Below, piece by piece: positions 9,771 to 20,200 of a stretch of 64,000 nt of DNA (positions within the stretch are counted from its first letter, which is position 1; each line of letters starts with the position of its first letter). This DNA is from a virus: positions 96,001-160,000 of the IMG/VR virus record IMGVR_UViG_3300044959_000131, one strand, 5' to 3'. The notes under the pieces are model-generated. The model was given only the letters and a program-made list of their open reading frames with translations. It was not told where the DNA came from and searched no databases. The position numbers and the translations under genes were made by a program.

Positions 9771-9788
9771 AAGGGGGTCAAGCCCCTT
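9771..9788. terminator. Hairpin between convergent genes, probable terminator
   Basis: aagggg-gtcaag-cccctt; followed by UCUU on the - strand. Confidence 0.45.
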
Positions 9789-9791
9789 CCC

Positions 9792-10115
9792 TCAAACTAC
9801 CCTTTCAGACAGCTCCACATACATTTGATAGAGCTCGTCAAGGTCCTGCTTTATCCCATTCACAGTGTCAACAGCGTTTTTGAGATCGACGTGTAACTGC
9901 CTGACTTGGCATCTCAGAATGTAGAGCTGTCGAATGACTTGTCTGTTAACGTAGCAGAAGCAATCTTGGCAGACAGCGGCAGGTTTCGAGAACCCATTCC
10001 ACAAAGACATTCGAACCTTGAGTGATGAGTCGCACACTACACATGGGATCAATGCGACTTCATCTGATGAGAAATTTCCTGCAGTATCTTTTCCTGTGCA
10101 CGTAATTGATAGCAT
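9792..10115 (-). CDS. Hypothetical protein with CxxC...CxxC and coiled-coil C-terminus
   Basis: CVVC...CQDC motifs. The start is uncertain because it overlaps the 3' end of rnhB. Confidence 0.55.
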   Translation of the reverse strand: MLSITCTGKDTAGNFSSDEVALIPCVVCDSSLKVRMSLWNGFSKPAAVCQDCFCYVNRQVIRQLYILRCQVRQLHVDLKNAVDTVNGIKQDLDELYQMYVELSERVV

Positions 10116-10668
10116 CTTCCGAACTTGAAATTACGAGGCCGTACTTCCTTATGGCCTGTTCATGGTCTTTTGACCCATAGCCCTTATTCTTGTCCCATCC
10201 GTACTTCGGGTGTTTCTTTGACATCTGGGACATGAGCCTATCCCTCCATACCTTGGCGATGATGGAGGCAGCGGATACGTAGACGTACTTCAGGTCAGCC
10301 TTTGGCTCTACAATCTGGTTCCCAGTCCATGCTTGCACTTTGTGATTTCCATCAACGTAGAGAATTGTCGGCTTGCAGACGACGAGGTCATCAAGTGCCC
10401 GTTTGTAAGAAATCTGTAGGGCTTGTGATGGGCCCATCTTGTCTATTTCCCATGGCCAAGCGTGACCGAGTCCGACATCTAAAGATGCGGCTACTATGGA
10501 CTCGTATAGAGACTCCATCTTTTTAGACGTGAGCTTCTTTGAGTCTGTCACTCCGGGTGGTAAAAACTTGAGGTCTTTTTCCCGGAAGACGGCAACAGCG
10601 GAGATGTACGGTCCTGCCCACGCACCGTATCCAACTTCGTCGATGCCTCCGTATATGACTGACGGCAT
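10060..10668 (-). CDS. rnhB: Ribonuclease HII
   Basis: GIDEVGYGAWAGP, DSKKL, YVDGN, AASIIAKVWRD and NKGYG motifs. Confidence 0.95.
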   Translation of the reverse strand: MPSVIYGGIDEVGYGAWAGPYISAVAVFREKDLKFLPPGVTDSKKLTSKKMESLYESIVAASLDVGLGHAWPWEIDKMGPSQALQISYKRALDDLVVCKPTILYVDGNHKVQAWTGNQIVEPKADLKYVYVSAASIIAKVWRDRLMSQMSKKHPKYGWDKNKGYGSKDHEQAIRKYGLVISSSEDAINYVHRKRYCRKFLIR

Positions 10669-10689
10669 TCGTTAATCGCCTCTATTATC

Positions 10690-10995
10690 TTATGCCGCTG
10701 GATGTTCATCTCTTGGAAGTCCGAGCCTTCGTTTGATGATCACCTTCGTGGTCATTGAGGTTCCTTCGGACTCGACTTTTCCTTGTGGAACGGTATCGTT
10801 CTTCGCGGCATACTGCTGAAAGAGATTCCAGGTGAGCAGCATCCTTTTGCCTGATATAGGTTCACCAAATCTGAACTTGACGATGTACACCAATGGATTG
10901 ACAGTGGTTTGAAGTTCGAATGAAACACTCGTTCCAAGGGCTCCTTCCATTGAATGGCAAAATGATTTGAGCCAAGCGAGTGGTGGCGGTATCAT
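10690..10995 (-). CDS. Hypothetical protein
   Basis: 101 aa upstream of rnhB in the same orientation; start uncertain. Confidence 0.55.
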   Translation of the reverse strand: MIPPPLAWLKSFCHSMEGALGTSVSFELQTTVNPLVYIVKFRFGEPISGKRMLLTWNLFQQYAAKNDTVPQGKVESEGTSMTTKVIIKRRLGLPRDEHPAA

Positions 10996-13858
10996 GGAAA
11001 GAATGCTAGTCGTTTCTTCAGATGATTATGACCGCAGCAATCGCGACGTCATTATTTCTGAGAGTGGTGAGCCTGAGCTTCCCGAAGAGTGGGACTACGA
11101 ACCTCAGGTCTTCGATGGGTTTCTCGACGACTCACAGCTTGCCAAGAAAAGCTCCGAGTTGATCGGTGTATACCCTTCTCAATTCGTCGAGTTTGCGATT
11201 CGTATACCCGACAAGAAGACTCAGCAATTAGTACCGTTCTCTTTTGAAAAACGTAGGTATCTTCGACTCCCATACGACACCCCAGCGAAGAGGACGCTTT
11301 ACAAGTGCGGGCGACAAGTTGAGAAGAGTACATTGTTGGGGAACAAGTGTTTGGCGTACTGCTGCATTATCAATGCATTCAATGTTTTGTACGTCGCCCC
11401 AACGAACATGCAAACAAAGACCTTCTCACAAGACCGTTTGAAGGAGCCCATCGAAACGTCCGATGTTTTGAAGTCTTGGACAACCCCCAAACTCAGCGAC
11501 AACGTATTTCTCAAGAAGTTCATCAATCGTAGCCAGATTACCCTCCGCTACGCTTACCACAACGCAGACCGTACTCGTGGTATCCAGGCAGACCTTGTTC
11601 TAATTGACGAGATTCAAGACGTCATCACGGACAATATCCCAGTCATCGAACAATGTGCCTCGCACTCCACATTCAAGCTCTTCATGTACTCAGGAACACC
11701 GAAGAGCTTCGACAACCCAATTGAGCATTACTGGACCAACTTCTCGACCCAAAATGAGTGGGTCGTTCCGTGCGATCGCCACGGCGTTCCAAGTGACCCA
11801 TCAACATGGTTCTGGAACATTCTAGGTGAGGAGAACATCGGTAAGAAAGGTCTCATTTGTTCGAAGTGTGGAGAGCTCATCCATGCACTGAGACCAGAAG
11901 CACAGTGGGCTTCCATGAACCCAGAGGTTCGAAAGAAGCTGACTGAGCCGTATGAGGGTTACCGAATCCCTCAACTCATGGTGCCGTGGATGGAGTGGAG
12001 CGAAATTCTCGACAGCTACGCTACATACCCTCGTCAGAAGTTCTTCAACGAAGTTCTCGGGATGTCGTACGACTCAGGAACCAGGCCCCTGACTCGGCAA
12101 GACATCATCGACAACTGCAGTTCCGACATTGTCATGTCTCAAGAAGGGTTGTCGAGAATTCGTTCGAAGATGAGTGGAGGGATGGAGGTTTTTGCCGGAA
12201 TCGACTGGGGTTGCCACGACGAGGAGACACGGATTCTCACCGATAGCGGCTTCAAATACTTTCGAGACCTGACCGACAACGACAAAGTCGCTCAATGGGA
12301 TCCTGATACACGGTTGATGTCATTCGTGTATCCGAAGGTCCGAACGGTCCGTGAATGGGATAAACCACTTCTCCATTTCAAGGCGAATGGGTTGGACATG
12401 ATGTTGTCCGACCCTCATCGAATGAGAGTGAGACCTCTCAATGATGATGGGACGGGAAAGTGGATTACGGAGCCAGCGAGTAAAACCGCAGAGCGTGGTG
12501 GCAACGTAAAATTCGTTGGGTACGTCGATTGGGACGGGTCCGAAGAAGAGTACTTCGTATTGCCCAGTCGGGACCAAACTACTGGTTACAGCGGTAGTGA
12601 AGATCGTATCTACCGCATGGATGATTGGTTGGAATTTCTCGGCTATTATTTGTCAGAGGGTTCTATCTGCTTTGATGGAGATAATCCATCATGCATCAAA
12701 CTATCTCATCGGGAATCCGTAAATCTTGAGCAGGCTCGTAGGATTGGAAGTCTGCTACAGCGGCTCTTCCCAAATGATCTATCTACGATACAACACCCAG
12801 AGACTGGTTACATCGATTGGACAATCTACGGTAAACAGCTCTGGAAGTGGGTTCATGACCAAGTCGGAAAGTTCGACGACGAGAAGAGAATACCGAGGAG
12901 ATTTCTGAATCTCTCGAAGCGCCAACTTCGAATTCTCTTCGATGCCATGATGCTTGGAGACGGAGGTGGCGGCAAAAGAAGAGGACGTACCAATGGTCGC
13001 TACTGCTCGACTTCCAAGGGTCTCTGCGAAGACTTCCAGGAGCTTTGCATCCGCCTAGGACTCCGTAGCACTCTGTCATTGCATAAGAGGGCTGAAGGAA
13101 ACCGTAAGGCCATATGGAGAGTTTCTTGGTCTCCTGGAAGAGACTTCGAATTCAACAACCCCAAGCAGAGAGTTAAGAGAGTTCCATACAATGGAAAGGT
13201 ATACTGTTGCTCCGTTCCATCTGGATACATCATCACTGAGAGAAACGGCTGCATCGCTTATCAAGGGAACACAGGAGAGAACACGTTTTCTGTGATGGCC
13301 CTTGGTACATACTTGGATGGAAAATTTACCATCTTCTACATCCACAGATTCGAAGGACAGGAGGTCGAACCACTCGTTCAACTCGACCTGATCGAGAAGC
13401 TGATTTACTACTGGGACGTCAGGCTTGTCGGAGTCGACTATGGCGGCGGCTTCGATCGTAACGATGCTCTTGCTAGAAAGTTCGGCAAGAACCGAATCGT
13501 GAAATATCAGTACTCTCAGCCAAGTCAGAAGGTGCGATGGGACGAGGGGCTGCACAGATTTTTGGTCCATCGGACAGAGGTGATGACTGACATTTTCACT
13601 GCCATAAAGAGAAGAAACGTTTTCAGGTTCCCGACCTGGGAGCAGTTCGAAGACCCATTTGGCAGGGACATGCTGAACATCTTCTCCGAATACAACGATC
13701 AACAGAGGCAGATCCAATACAAGAAGAGTCCAGACGCAACGGATGACTCATTCCACGCCATTCTTTTCTGCTTTCTTGCCTCGATGCTTCGACACCCAAG
13801 GCCGGACGTTTTGGTGCCGACTCAGAAGACGAATAGCTCGATGGACCATGACAGCTAA
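10967..13858 (+). CDS. terL: Terminase large subunit containing one intein (about 610 aa spliced; start may be the ATG at 10994)
   Basis: Walker A GRQVEKST, Walker B LVLIDEIQD, coupling motif YSGTP, Cys cluster (VPCDRH...CSKCG), nuclease GIDWG|TG, GVDYG and C-terminal DDSFHA. Confidence 0.92.
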   Translation: MSQASGGGIMERMLVVSSDDYDRSNRDVIISESGEPELPEEWDYEPQVFDGFLDDSQLAKKSSELIGVYPSQFVEFAIRIPDKKTQQLVPFSFEKRRYLRLPYDTPAKRTLYKCGRQVEKSTLLGNKCLAYCCIINAFNVLYVAPTNMQTKTFSQDRLKEPIETSDVLKSWTTPKLSDNVFLKKFINRSQITLRYAYHNADRTRGIQADLVLIDEIQDVITDNIPVIEQCASHSTFKLFMYSGTPKSFDNPIEHYWTNFSTQNEWVVPCDRHGVPSDPSTWFWNILGEENIGKKGLICSKCGELIHALRPEAQWASMNPEVRKKLTEPYEGYRIPQLMVPWMEWSEILDSYATYPRQKFFNEVLGMSYDSGTRPLTRQDIIDNCSSDIVMSQEGLSRIRSKMSGGMEVFAGIDWGCHDEETRILTDSGFKYFRDLTDNDKVAQWDPDTRLMSFVYPKVRTVREWDKPLLHFKANGLDMMLSDPHRMRVRPLNDDGTGKWITEPASKTAERGGNVKFVGYVDWDGSEEEYFVLPSRDQTTGYSGSEDRIYRMDDWLEFLGYYLSEGSICFDGDNPSCIKLSHRESVNLEQARRIGSLLQRLFPNDLSTIQHPETGYIDWTIYGKQLWKWVHDQVGKFDDEKRIPRRFLNLSKRQLRILFDAMMLGDGGGGKRRGRTNGRYCSTSKGLCEDFQELCIRLGLRSTLSLHKRAEGNRKAIWRVSWSPGRDFEFNNPKQRVKRVPYNGKVYCCSVPSGYIITERNGCIAYQGNTGENTFSVMALGTYLDGKFTIFYIHRFEGQEVEPLVQLDLIEKLIYYWDVRLVGVDYGGGFDRNDALARKFGKNRIVKYQYSQPSQKVRWDEGLHRFLVHRTEVMTDIFTAIKRRNVFRFPTWEQFEDPFGRDMLNIFSEYNDQQRQIQYKKSPDATDDSFHAILFCFLASMLRHPRPDVLVPTQKTNSSMDHDS
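12212..13270 (+). mobile_element. Intein with LAGLIDADG homing endonuclease in terminase nuclease domain (353 aa)
   Basis: Starts CHDEETRILT right after GIDWG. Contains FLGYYLSEGS and LFDAMMLGDG. Ends ERNGCIAYQGN followed by +1 Thr. Confidence 0.92.
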
Positions 13859-13889
13859 AAAGGAGAGAGGAAGTTTCCCTCCCCCCTCC
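13857..13889 (-). terminator. Intrinsic terminator
   Basis: On the - strand: 12-bp stem (GGAGGGGGGAGG/CUUCCUCUCUCC with G-U pairs), GAAA loop, U5 tail. Lies at the junction of convergent genes. Confidence 0.8.
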
Positions 13890-13899
13890 GGTCATCTCA

Positions 13900-14316
13900 T
13901 CAGCGGCTTCCGGCCGAGAGACGTACTACTTTTCCCGATACGAGCTTCTCCTGCTCGTACTTGATGAAGCCCGGCAACTGCCGGGCACTCGGGATTATGA
14001 ACCGGATGCCCTCCCACAGCAGGATGAGTGCGACCGGTGTGACCGCTGCGAGTAACACAGTCACCGTCGCGCTCTTCATGCGCACTGCTGTGTGTTTGAC
14101 CCTCTCCCCGAATGTGGGATTGTACTGCTTCCCCCTCAGCTTGGCCGCGAGGGCGAACTTGCCCTCGCTTTCGAGATCCTTAGCGACCTCTTCTATGAAC
14201 CGATCCCACTCTTCCCGCGGGATTTGTATCATCTGCTTCGGAGTGACCGGTTCACCGGTCACTCCGTCGCGCGCTTCATTCCCGTTCATTTCGATGACAA
14301 CTGACTTCTTATCCAC
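13900..14316 (-). CDS. Hypothetical membrane protein
   Basis: GTG start with GGAGGAG RBS; hydrophobic segment ATVTVLLAAVTPVALILLW. Confidence 0.7.
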   Translation of the reverse strand: MDKKSVVIEMNGNEARDGVTGEPVTPKQMIQIPREEWDRFIEEVAKDLESEGKFALAAKLRGKQYNPTFGERVKHTAVRMKSATVTVLLAAVTPVALILLWEGIRFIIPSARQLPGFIKYEQEKLVSGKVVRLSAGSR

Positions 14317-14389
14317 GATTGCTCCTCCGAATGAGGTTTACCAGGGACGTAAATTTCCCTGGCAACTTACTTATACCTAGAGGATAGAA

Positions 14390-15085
14390 TTATTTGCTGG
14401 TCGATTCGCTCAATTTCTTGAAGAGCGTTCCCTTCTCTGATTCAAACTTCTCAAGAAGAGAGTCAGAAACTGGTGTCTTTGATACTTGGTGCCACATGAG
14501 TAATGTAGATCGAATCTTCTTTCGACCTTCATCAAGCTTCTTGTGAAGAATCTGAAGTGGCAGGCTGTTCTTGAAGTCTTCCCTCGTAGAGACATATCTC
14601 ATCTGCGCCAAGCAGAGTTTGAAGAAGACCTCGTATGGGTGCTCAAGTCCGAGAGACTCTTTGAGCATGTCAAGAGAAACTTCATCGAGACGGTCAAATA
14701 CGTCTGTTGCCCACGACTCAATCTCTTCATCTTTCCAGACCCCGGCGGCCAGGGCTTTCGAAGCTGCTGCGTAGAGCATCTTGGCCTCGTCGGCATTCGG
14801 ACGGAGGGGGTCATCCCGAATCTCCAGAATCCTCCTACACAGGGCCATGTCCTGTTCCAGTTTCAGTACTCTTCGCATTAAGATGGCGAAGTTCTTTCGA
14901 TTGAGAGCCGGGAGATCTGTGCCGGACTCGTTTGCGAGCTGCTCTACATCCTCACGGTTGAGGACAACGTGACCATCATGAAAGGACTTGCGTAGGTAGC
15001 CTCGCTTTACGTAGTTATGGATGGTACGCTTCGAACATCCAAGCCGGTTAGCGGCCTCGTCGAAGGTGTAGAAAAGGCTTCCCAT
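14390..15085 (-). CDS. MerR/excisionase-like helix-turn-helix DNA-binding protein
   Basis: N-terminal YTFDEAANRLGCSKRTIHNYVKRGYL; GGAGGGAG RBS. Confidence 0.8.
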   Translation of the reverse strand: MGSLFYTFDEAANRLGCSKRTIHNYVKRGYLRKSFHDGHVVLNREDVEQLANESGTDLPALNRKNFAILMRRVLKLEQDMALCRRILEIRDDPLRPNADEAKMLYAAASKALAAGVWKDEEIESWATDVFDRLDEVSLDMLKESLGLEHPYEVFFKLCLAQMRYVSTREDFKNSLPLQILHKKLDEGRKKIRSTLLMWHQVSKTPVSDSLLEKFESEKGTLFKKLSESTSK

Positions 15086-15153
15086 GTCTCCCTCCGAAAA
15101 CTACCCTATTCTAGTCGCACACCGACAACCTTATTGCGACGGAGCTTACCTCA

Positions 15154-16296
15154 ATGAATGAGTTCGAAAACTATCTCTTGAGCGGAAAGAATCACGCAAA
15201 GCTGTCCGCCGAGGCTCTTGAGTTAATGGGTAAGCAGGCGGCGAACCTCTACCTCGATGAGGGTATTCCTCTCAACGATGGAATCGCAAGGATTGCTGGG
15301 GAACATCCTGATATCTCAGCAGAGCAAATCAAGAGAATCGTTGAGTTCGCCAATACCGCAGTGTACCTGGCCAAGCACGACCAGAATAAGAATGCCGGAA
15401 GAGAGTACAGCTACCCTCAATTTGAACTTGCTGATGCAGGTCGAATCATTCAGGACCTATCAGATGGCGCCAGACCAACGATTGTTACCAAGACCGATAT
15501 CGATTATGCCCGTCAGGCAAAAAAGGAGAAGTTATCGTCTCCGGAGCTTGAATCCGCACTAATTGGTCTATTCAAGACGTCATCTGGAGAGTCTGAAGAG
15601 AAGGACTACAGCCCTGATACCGTTGTACATGAGCTGATGGCGGCAAAGGACCTTCTGGTTGGTCTGCGTGATAACATTGGGGACCTTTACAATCAGCATG
15701 AGGGCCTATTTAAGGAGGCCGCCTCCGACTTCTACAACAACGTCAAGACATACTTGCTAGACGGTGGTTCCTTTGGTGAAGTCGTTGCCGCACTTGGTAC
15801 TGTCGCAAATGACGATGACCTCAAACTTCATTTGGAGCCAGTTGTCGCGAGACTCATTCGAGAAAAAGTCGCCTCTGTGCAGGAGCTCAAGAAGCAGTAC
15901 TCTGAAGTCGAAAAGATTGCTCATCGTACGGTCGACCCAGAGCATCCAATCATCTTGTCGTACTCCGCCATGGTCCTCGCTGGTGAGGAGCTACAGAAGA
16001 CAGCAGCCGCACTTGAGGAGGTTGGAACTGAACTGAATACTCTCAACGGCTTCATCAAAGAAGCCTATTTCACGAAAGAGTCACTCGCTCCACTCGTCGC
16101 AGCGGCTTCCAGAGCCCTTCCTGCTATCGGCCGCTTCGCAGCCGGAGCCGGTCGAGGTCTATTGGGGCAGATCGGACGTGGTGCTTTAAACGAGTTCAAG
16201 AACAATCCAATCTCGACCATATCCACAGCCAAGTCACTGCTTCCTCAGAGACGGCAAGCTCCAACCCCTCCGGCGCAGATGAACCCCGGATACTGA
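15154..16296 (+). CDS. Putative head-associated protein (K-x-[A/S] family)
   Basis: AKLSA, EKLSS, FKTSS, FKEAA, EKVAS, EKIAH and QKTAA motifs; first gene of the head cluster. Confidence 0.6.
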   Translation: MNEFENYLLSGKNHAKLSAEALELMGKQAANLYLDEGIPLNDGIARIAGEHPDISAEQIKRIVEFANTAVYLAKHDQNKNAGREYSYPQFELADAGRIIQDLSDGARPTIVTKTDIDYARQAKKEKLSSPELESALIGLFKTSSGESEEKDYSPDTVVHELMAAKDLLVGLRDNIGDLYNQHEGLFKEAASDFYNNVKTYLLDGGSFGEVVAALGTVANDDDLKLHLEPVVARLIREKVASVQELKKQYSEVEKIAHRTVDPEHPIILSYSAMVLAGEELQKTAAALEEVGTELNTLNGFIKEAYFTKESLAPLVAAASRALPAIGRFAAGAGRGLLGQIGRGALNEFKNNPISTISTAKSLLPQRRQAPTPPAQMNPGY

Positions 16297-16601
16297 TGCG
16301 TATGATGAAGAGACTACAGAAGATTGCGTCAAGTTCAGCAGCTCTTCGAAATGTCTTCTTACGTAAGGAAGCGGGCCTAGGTCGGGCCGCGGCAGGTGCG
16401 GCGAAGTACGTTGCCGACAAGGCACTTGGATTTGCTGGTAATCAAATCAAGAAACATGGACCGATTTGGGGAACCTTTGGATTGATTGGTGGTGGAATGA
16501 CGCTTGCCGAAACGCCCAAGGCTGTTCGGTCCACGTACCAAGCTTACAAGTCTGGGTTCAACCCGGCCCTTCATAGAGCAGAGCTTGGTCTTGATAGATG
16601 A
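16296..16601 (+). CDS. Small basic glycine-zipper protein (K-x-A family)
   Basis: LQKIAS, RKEAG and WGTFGLIGGGMTL; TGATG coupling to the previous gene. Confidence 0.6.
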   Translation: MRMMKRLQKIASSSAALRNVFLRKEAGLGRAAAGAAKYVADKALGFAGNQIKKHGPIWGTFGLIGGGMTLAETPKAVRSTYQAYKSGFNPALHRAELGLDR

Positions 16602-16616
16602 TGTACGAGGACGAGA

Positions 16617-17249
16617 ATGACTACTGAAGATATTCTTACAGCTGTTTCTGAGTCCCATCCAGAGATGATGGCCAAGACGGCTAAAATCATTGCCATAACC
16701 GAGCGACTTTATCCGGAGTTCGTTCCAGGTATCATCTCTGATTTCGAGACCATTTGCTCAGTCGTCAATGAAAAGACGGCAGAGAAGATGACCGGATTGA
16801 AGCCTTATGCGATTGGTATCGCTGGTACTGTTGCAGGTGGTCTCTTAAGTGCCATCGCAACCGACCTCTACGACGCTGCCAAGCGCGGTCTCACAAAGGG
16901 ACGTAACTTCAAACGCATCATGGAGGCCAATCCAAATCTCAAGAGGGAAGTAGATAAGAAAACCCTCTTAATGGCATATGACACGCTTCATAGGTATGCT
17001 CCAGAATTTACTGCAGATCCGCTTCTCGGTGGAGCTCTCCTAAAGAACATCTCAGAGCTTCCAAACATGAGTCACAAGACCATTGTCGAACTAATTGGTG
17101 CGCAGAAGAATATAGCTGATGCCAAGAGCCGATACTTCTCTGAAATGTCAAAGCTTTCTCCACTTCTCGTCCCAGACAGCGGTCATACAGAAGTAAGATA
17201 TGAGGGCGGGGTTGAAAAGTCGAGAACGGTTAGACGTCCAGGTGTCTGA
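16617..17249 (+). CDS. Putative head-associated protein (K-x-A family)
   Basis: AKTAK, EKTAE and AIGIAGTVAGGLL; coupled to the protease start by TGATG. Confidence 0.6.
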   Translation: MTTEDILTAVSESHPEMMAKTAKIIAITERLYPEFVPGIISDFETICSVVNEKTAEKMTGLKPYAIGIAGTVAGGLLSAIATDLYDAAKRGLTKGRNFKRIMEANPNLKREVDKKTLLMAYDTLHRYAPEFTADPLLGGALLKNISELPNMSHKTIVELIGAQKNIADAKSRYFSEMSKLSPLLVPDSGHTEVRYEGGVEKSRTVRRPGV

Positions 17250-20200
17250 TGAAGAAACAAGTTCAATTCAGAGGACATACAGAGTTTGGTGTCTTCTGTC
17301 GGTCGCTATTTGGAAGTTCAGGAGCGTTTGAGAAGATTGCTGGAGCTCCTCCTTTTGCTGATTGGCCAACAGGAGAAGAGCTTAGAAAGTACATCTCAAA
17401 GATTACCAAAGAGGACCGTAAAAAGTACGTATACGTTCTCGTAAACGCTCTCGGAGCTGGTGAGTACTTCGGTTGCTTCCCAGCAGGCTCCATTGTTCGT
17501 TCTAAGCGAGGAGATATCCCTATTGAGCATGTCGTAGTTGGTGACGAGGTTCTCACTCACAGAAATAGATGGAGAAGGGTCATTGCAACCAACCGCAAGT
17601 TTCATGATCTCGGGTTGGTTCATTTGGATGTCACCGGGGTTCCGCACTTGGCTCCGGCTATCTCAGCGACCCCGAATCATGAGGTTTTTGTCGTTCCTCG
17701 TGACGACTTGTTTCGAGCTCGTAGAGATATTCTCTACAAGCGTGGAGAGATGGATTGGAAATCCTCCTACAATGAATTTGTTTCATCTCTGAATCCAGAC
17801 TGGATGCCGATTGAGTTCATCCGCCCAGGTGACTTTCTGTTTCAGCCATTTCCGATTGAAACTCGGAATTCAGACTTTGCTCAGAAGTGGGGAGATCATG
17901 ACTTTGCGTACTTGATGGGACTCTTCGCGGCTGAGGGGTGTCTAGCAGAGAGGTACGGTCGGGATAGGAACAAGGAACGATCGGAGCTGGTTGAGAGGAT
18001 TGTTTTCGTCATAGGGGATCATGAAGATCACATCGTCAGGAATGTACAGCGCATTGTAGAGAAGCATGGGAGATCTGTGACCGTAAAAAGGACCCCAGAG
18101 ACCAAATCTATTCGCCTTGAACTTTGTTGGAAGGAGTTGGCTCAAGCTTGTTTGGAGCACATCGGCTGCCATTCAACCGAGAAGAGCTTGTCTTGGGACA
18201 TTCTCACAATGCCACATGGGTGGCAGGAGGCTTTTCTAGCTCCATATGTTGAGGGTGATGGACACTTTGTAGAGAACTCAAAGTTTGAGCGGTACAACGG
18301 CTCAGTGGTTATATCCACCGCATCTAAGAATCTGGCCTTGGACCTACGACTTCTCTACGCTCGTCTCGGGATCGTGGTATCTGTTAACGGACGGCATAAT
18401 ACCAAGGCCACTTGGTACAACGGCAACCCAATTTACACCATTCACATAGGAAAAACGTGGGCCAAAGACTGGAATGGCTCGACTAGGGCGTCAAGCTACA
18501 TCGATAAGGAACGTGGGTTCATCATTTCACCAGTGAGGAGTGTTTCGCATGAGAAGTGGTCCGGTGAGGTATTTGACCTGACAGTCGAGGAGGACAGTTC
18601 CTATGTTGTGAATGGGATTGTCGTCCACAATTCGAATATCAACGCGGACTACTTTCCTTGGAATGCTCTTGCGCATGAAGGCGACGACTACGGCTACAAA
18701 ACGTTCCTGAACGCCCATGCATTTCAGCATCACAAGAACAAGGACCCGACTAGGGCTTTCGGAGTCCCAGTTCTCTCGGTGCTGAACCACCCGATGAAGC
18801 GTGTCGAGCTCATCGTCAGACTCGACAGAGCAAAGGCAAAGGAAGAGCAGGCTGACGGCATCATCACTCGTATCGAAGCCGGAGAGTTTCCAGATGTCAG
18901 CATGGGCTGCGTCCCCAAGTACGCAAAGATATTGAGGAAGGATGGACGTATCGTTCACATCGAGGAGATCCGAGAGGGAGACGAGGTCATATCACATCGA
19001 GGACGCGCTCAGAGAGTCGTCAGCACGATGGTCCGCCGTCACAAGGGAACCATCTTTCACATCAAGCCTTATGGTCACAGAGACGCTCTGATTCTGACCG
19101 AGGAGCACCCTCTCTGGATCGTTCGTGCTGAGCAGATGGAGTGCCGTCCATCTTCGAAATCCATAAATCAGGGTCGGAGACAGCATGTATGCACCCCAGA
19201 CAGCCATCTCACGAAGAAGGGCTGTTCTGGCTGTTTAACGAGGCCCTCTTTCAAGTTTGAGTGGGTCCGAGCAGATGAGGTTTCCGAGGGAGACTATCTT
19301 GCGATGCCTATTCCGACCTTTGAGGCTGAACGAAAGTTCACAGCCGTCGAGGCAAGGCTTCTCGGATACTATTTGGCAGAGGGCTACGTCCTAAAGAACA
19401 ACTCTGGCGAGGCAATCGGGGTCGAGTTCTGCACCGGGCTGAATGAGATCGAAACCCATGACGAACTTCGTAAGCTCGCCACTCTATCTGGCCTCGCAGA
19501 TAAAGTCGTCGAGCGAGACATCCCTGAGCGCAATGGAAAATACATCGCCATCTGGGATCGGAATCTGGCTGATCTTTGCTCCACTCATTGTGGGAGTGGA
19601 GCAAAGACGAAGTTTCTGTCCGCCTCATTGATGGGGGCTGACGAAGAGACTCTACAGCTCTTCATCGGTGCCTACGCGAACGGAGACGGTGGGTGTTACG
19701 AGGGTTCCATCTACTTCTCCACTGCATCGGAGCAACTTGCTGACCAACTTCGAATCTTATTGGCCCGTCTGCGCTGCATCGCAAGCGTAAACGAGATTGT
19801 CCACAAGCCGTCGAAGTTGGTTAATACAGAGACCGTAGAGTTTCAGGTCCGTGTTGGGAAAGACTCGGCTTGGAGACTTACCGGTTCGAGGTTTTCACCC
19901 GGTCGGTCAGAGAAGATCTGTAACAAAAGGTTCTTCTACGATTTCGAGGGAACGACGTATTTGATGACTCCCATCGAGCGTATCGATGAGGTCGAATACG
20001 ACGACGATGTCTACAACTTTGGAGTCGAGAACGACGACAGTTATCTGATCGATGGTTTGGCTGTTCACAACTGTAAAGTTCCTTTTGACATTTGTTCGAT
20101 ATGTGGACAGAAATCCAAGACTAGGCTGGATTACTGCTTCCCACCTGGGACGCCAATTCTGATGGCCGATGGACAGTTCAAGGCCATCGAGGAAGTTCGA

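Noticed and set aside
10060-10668. RNase HII as the retron msDNA maturation nuclease
   Set aside because: msDNA maturation is established for RNase HI. This gene is 52 kb from the retron and nothing in the sequence links them.
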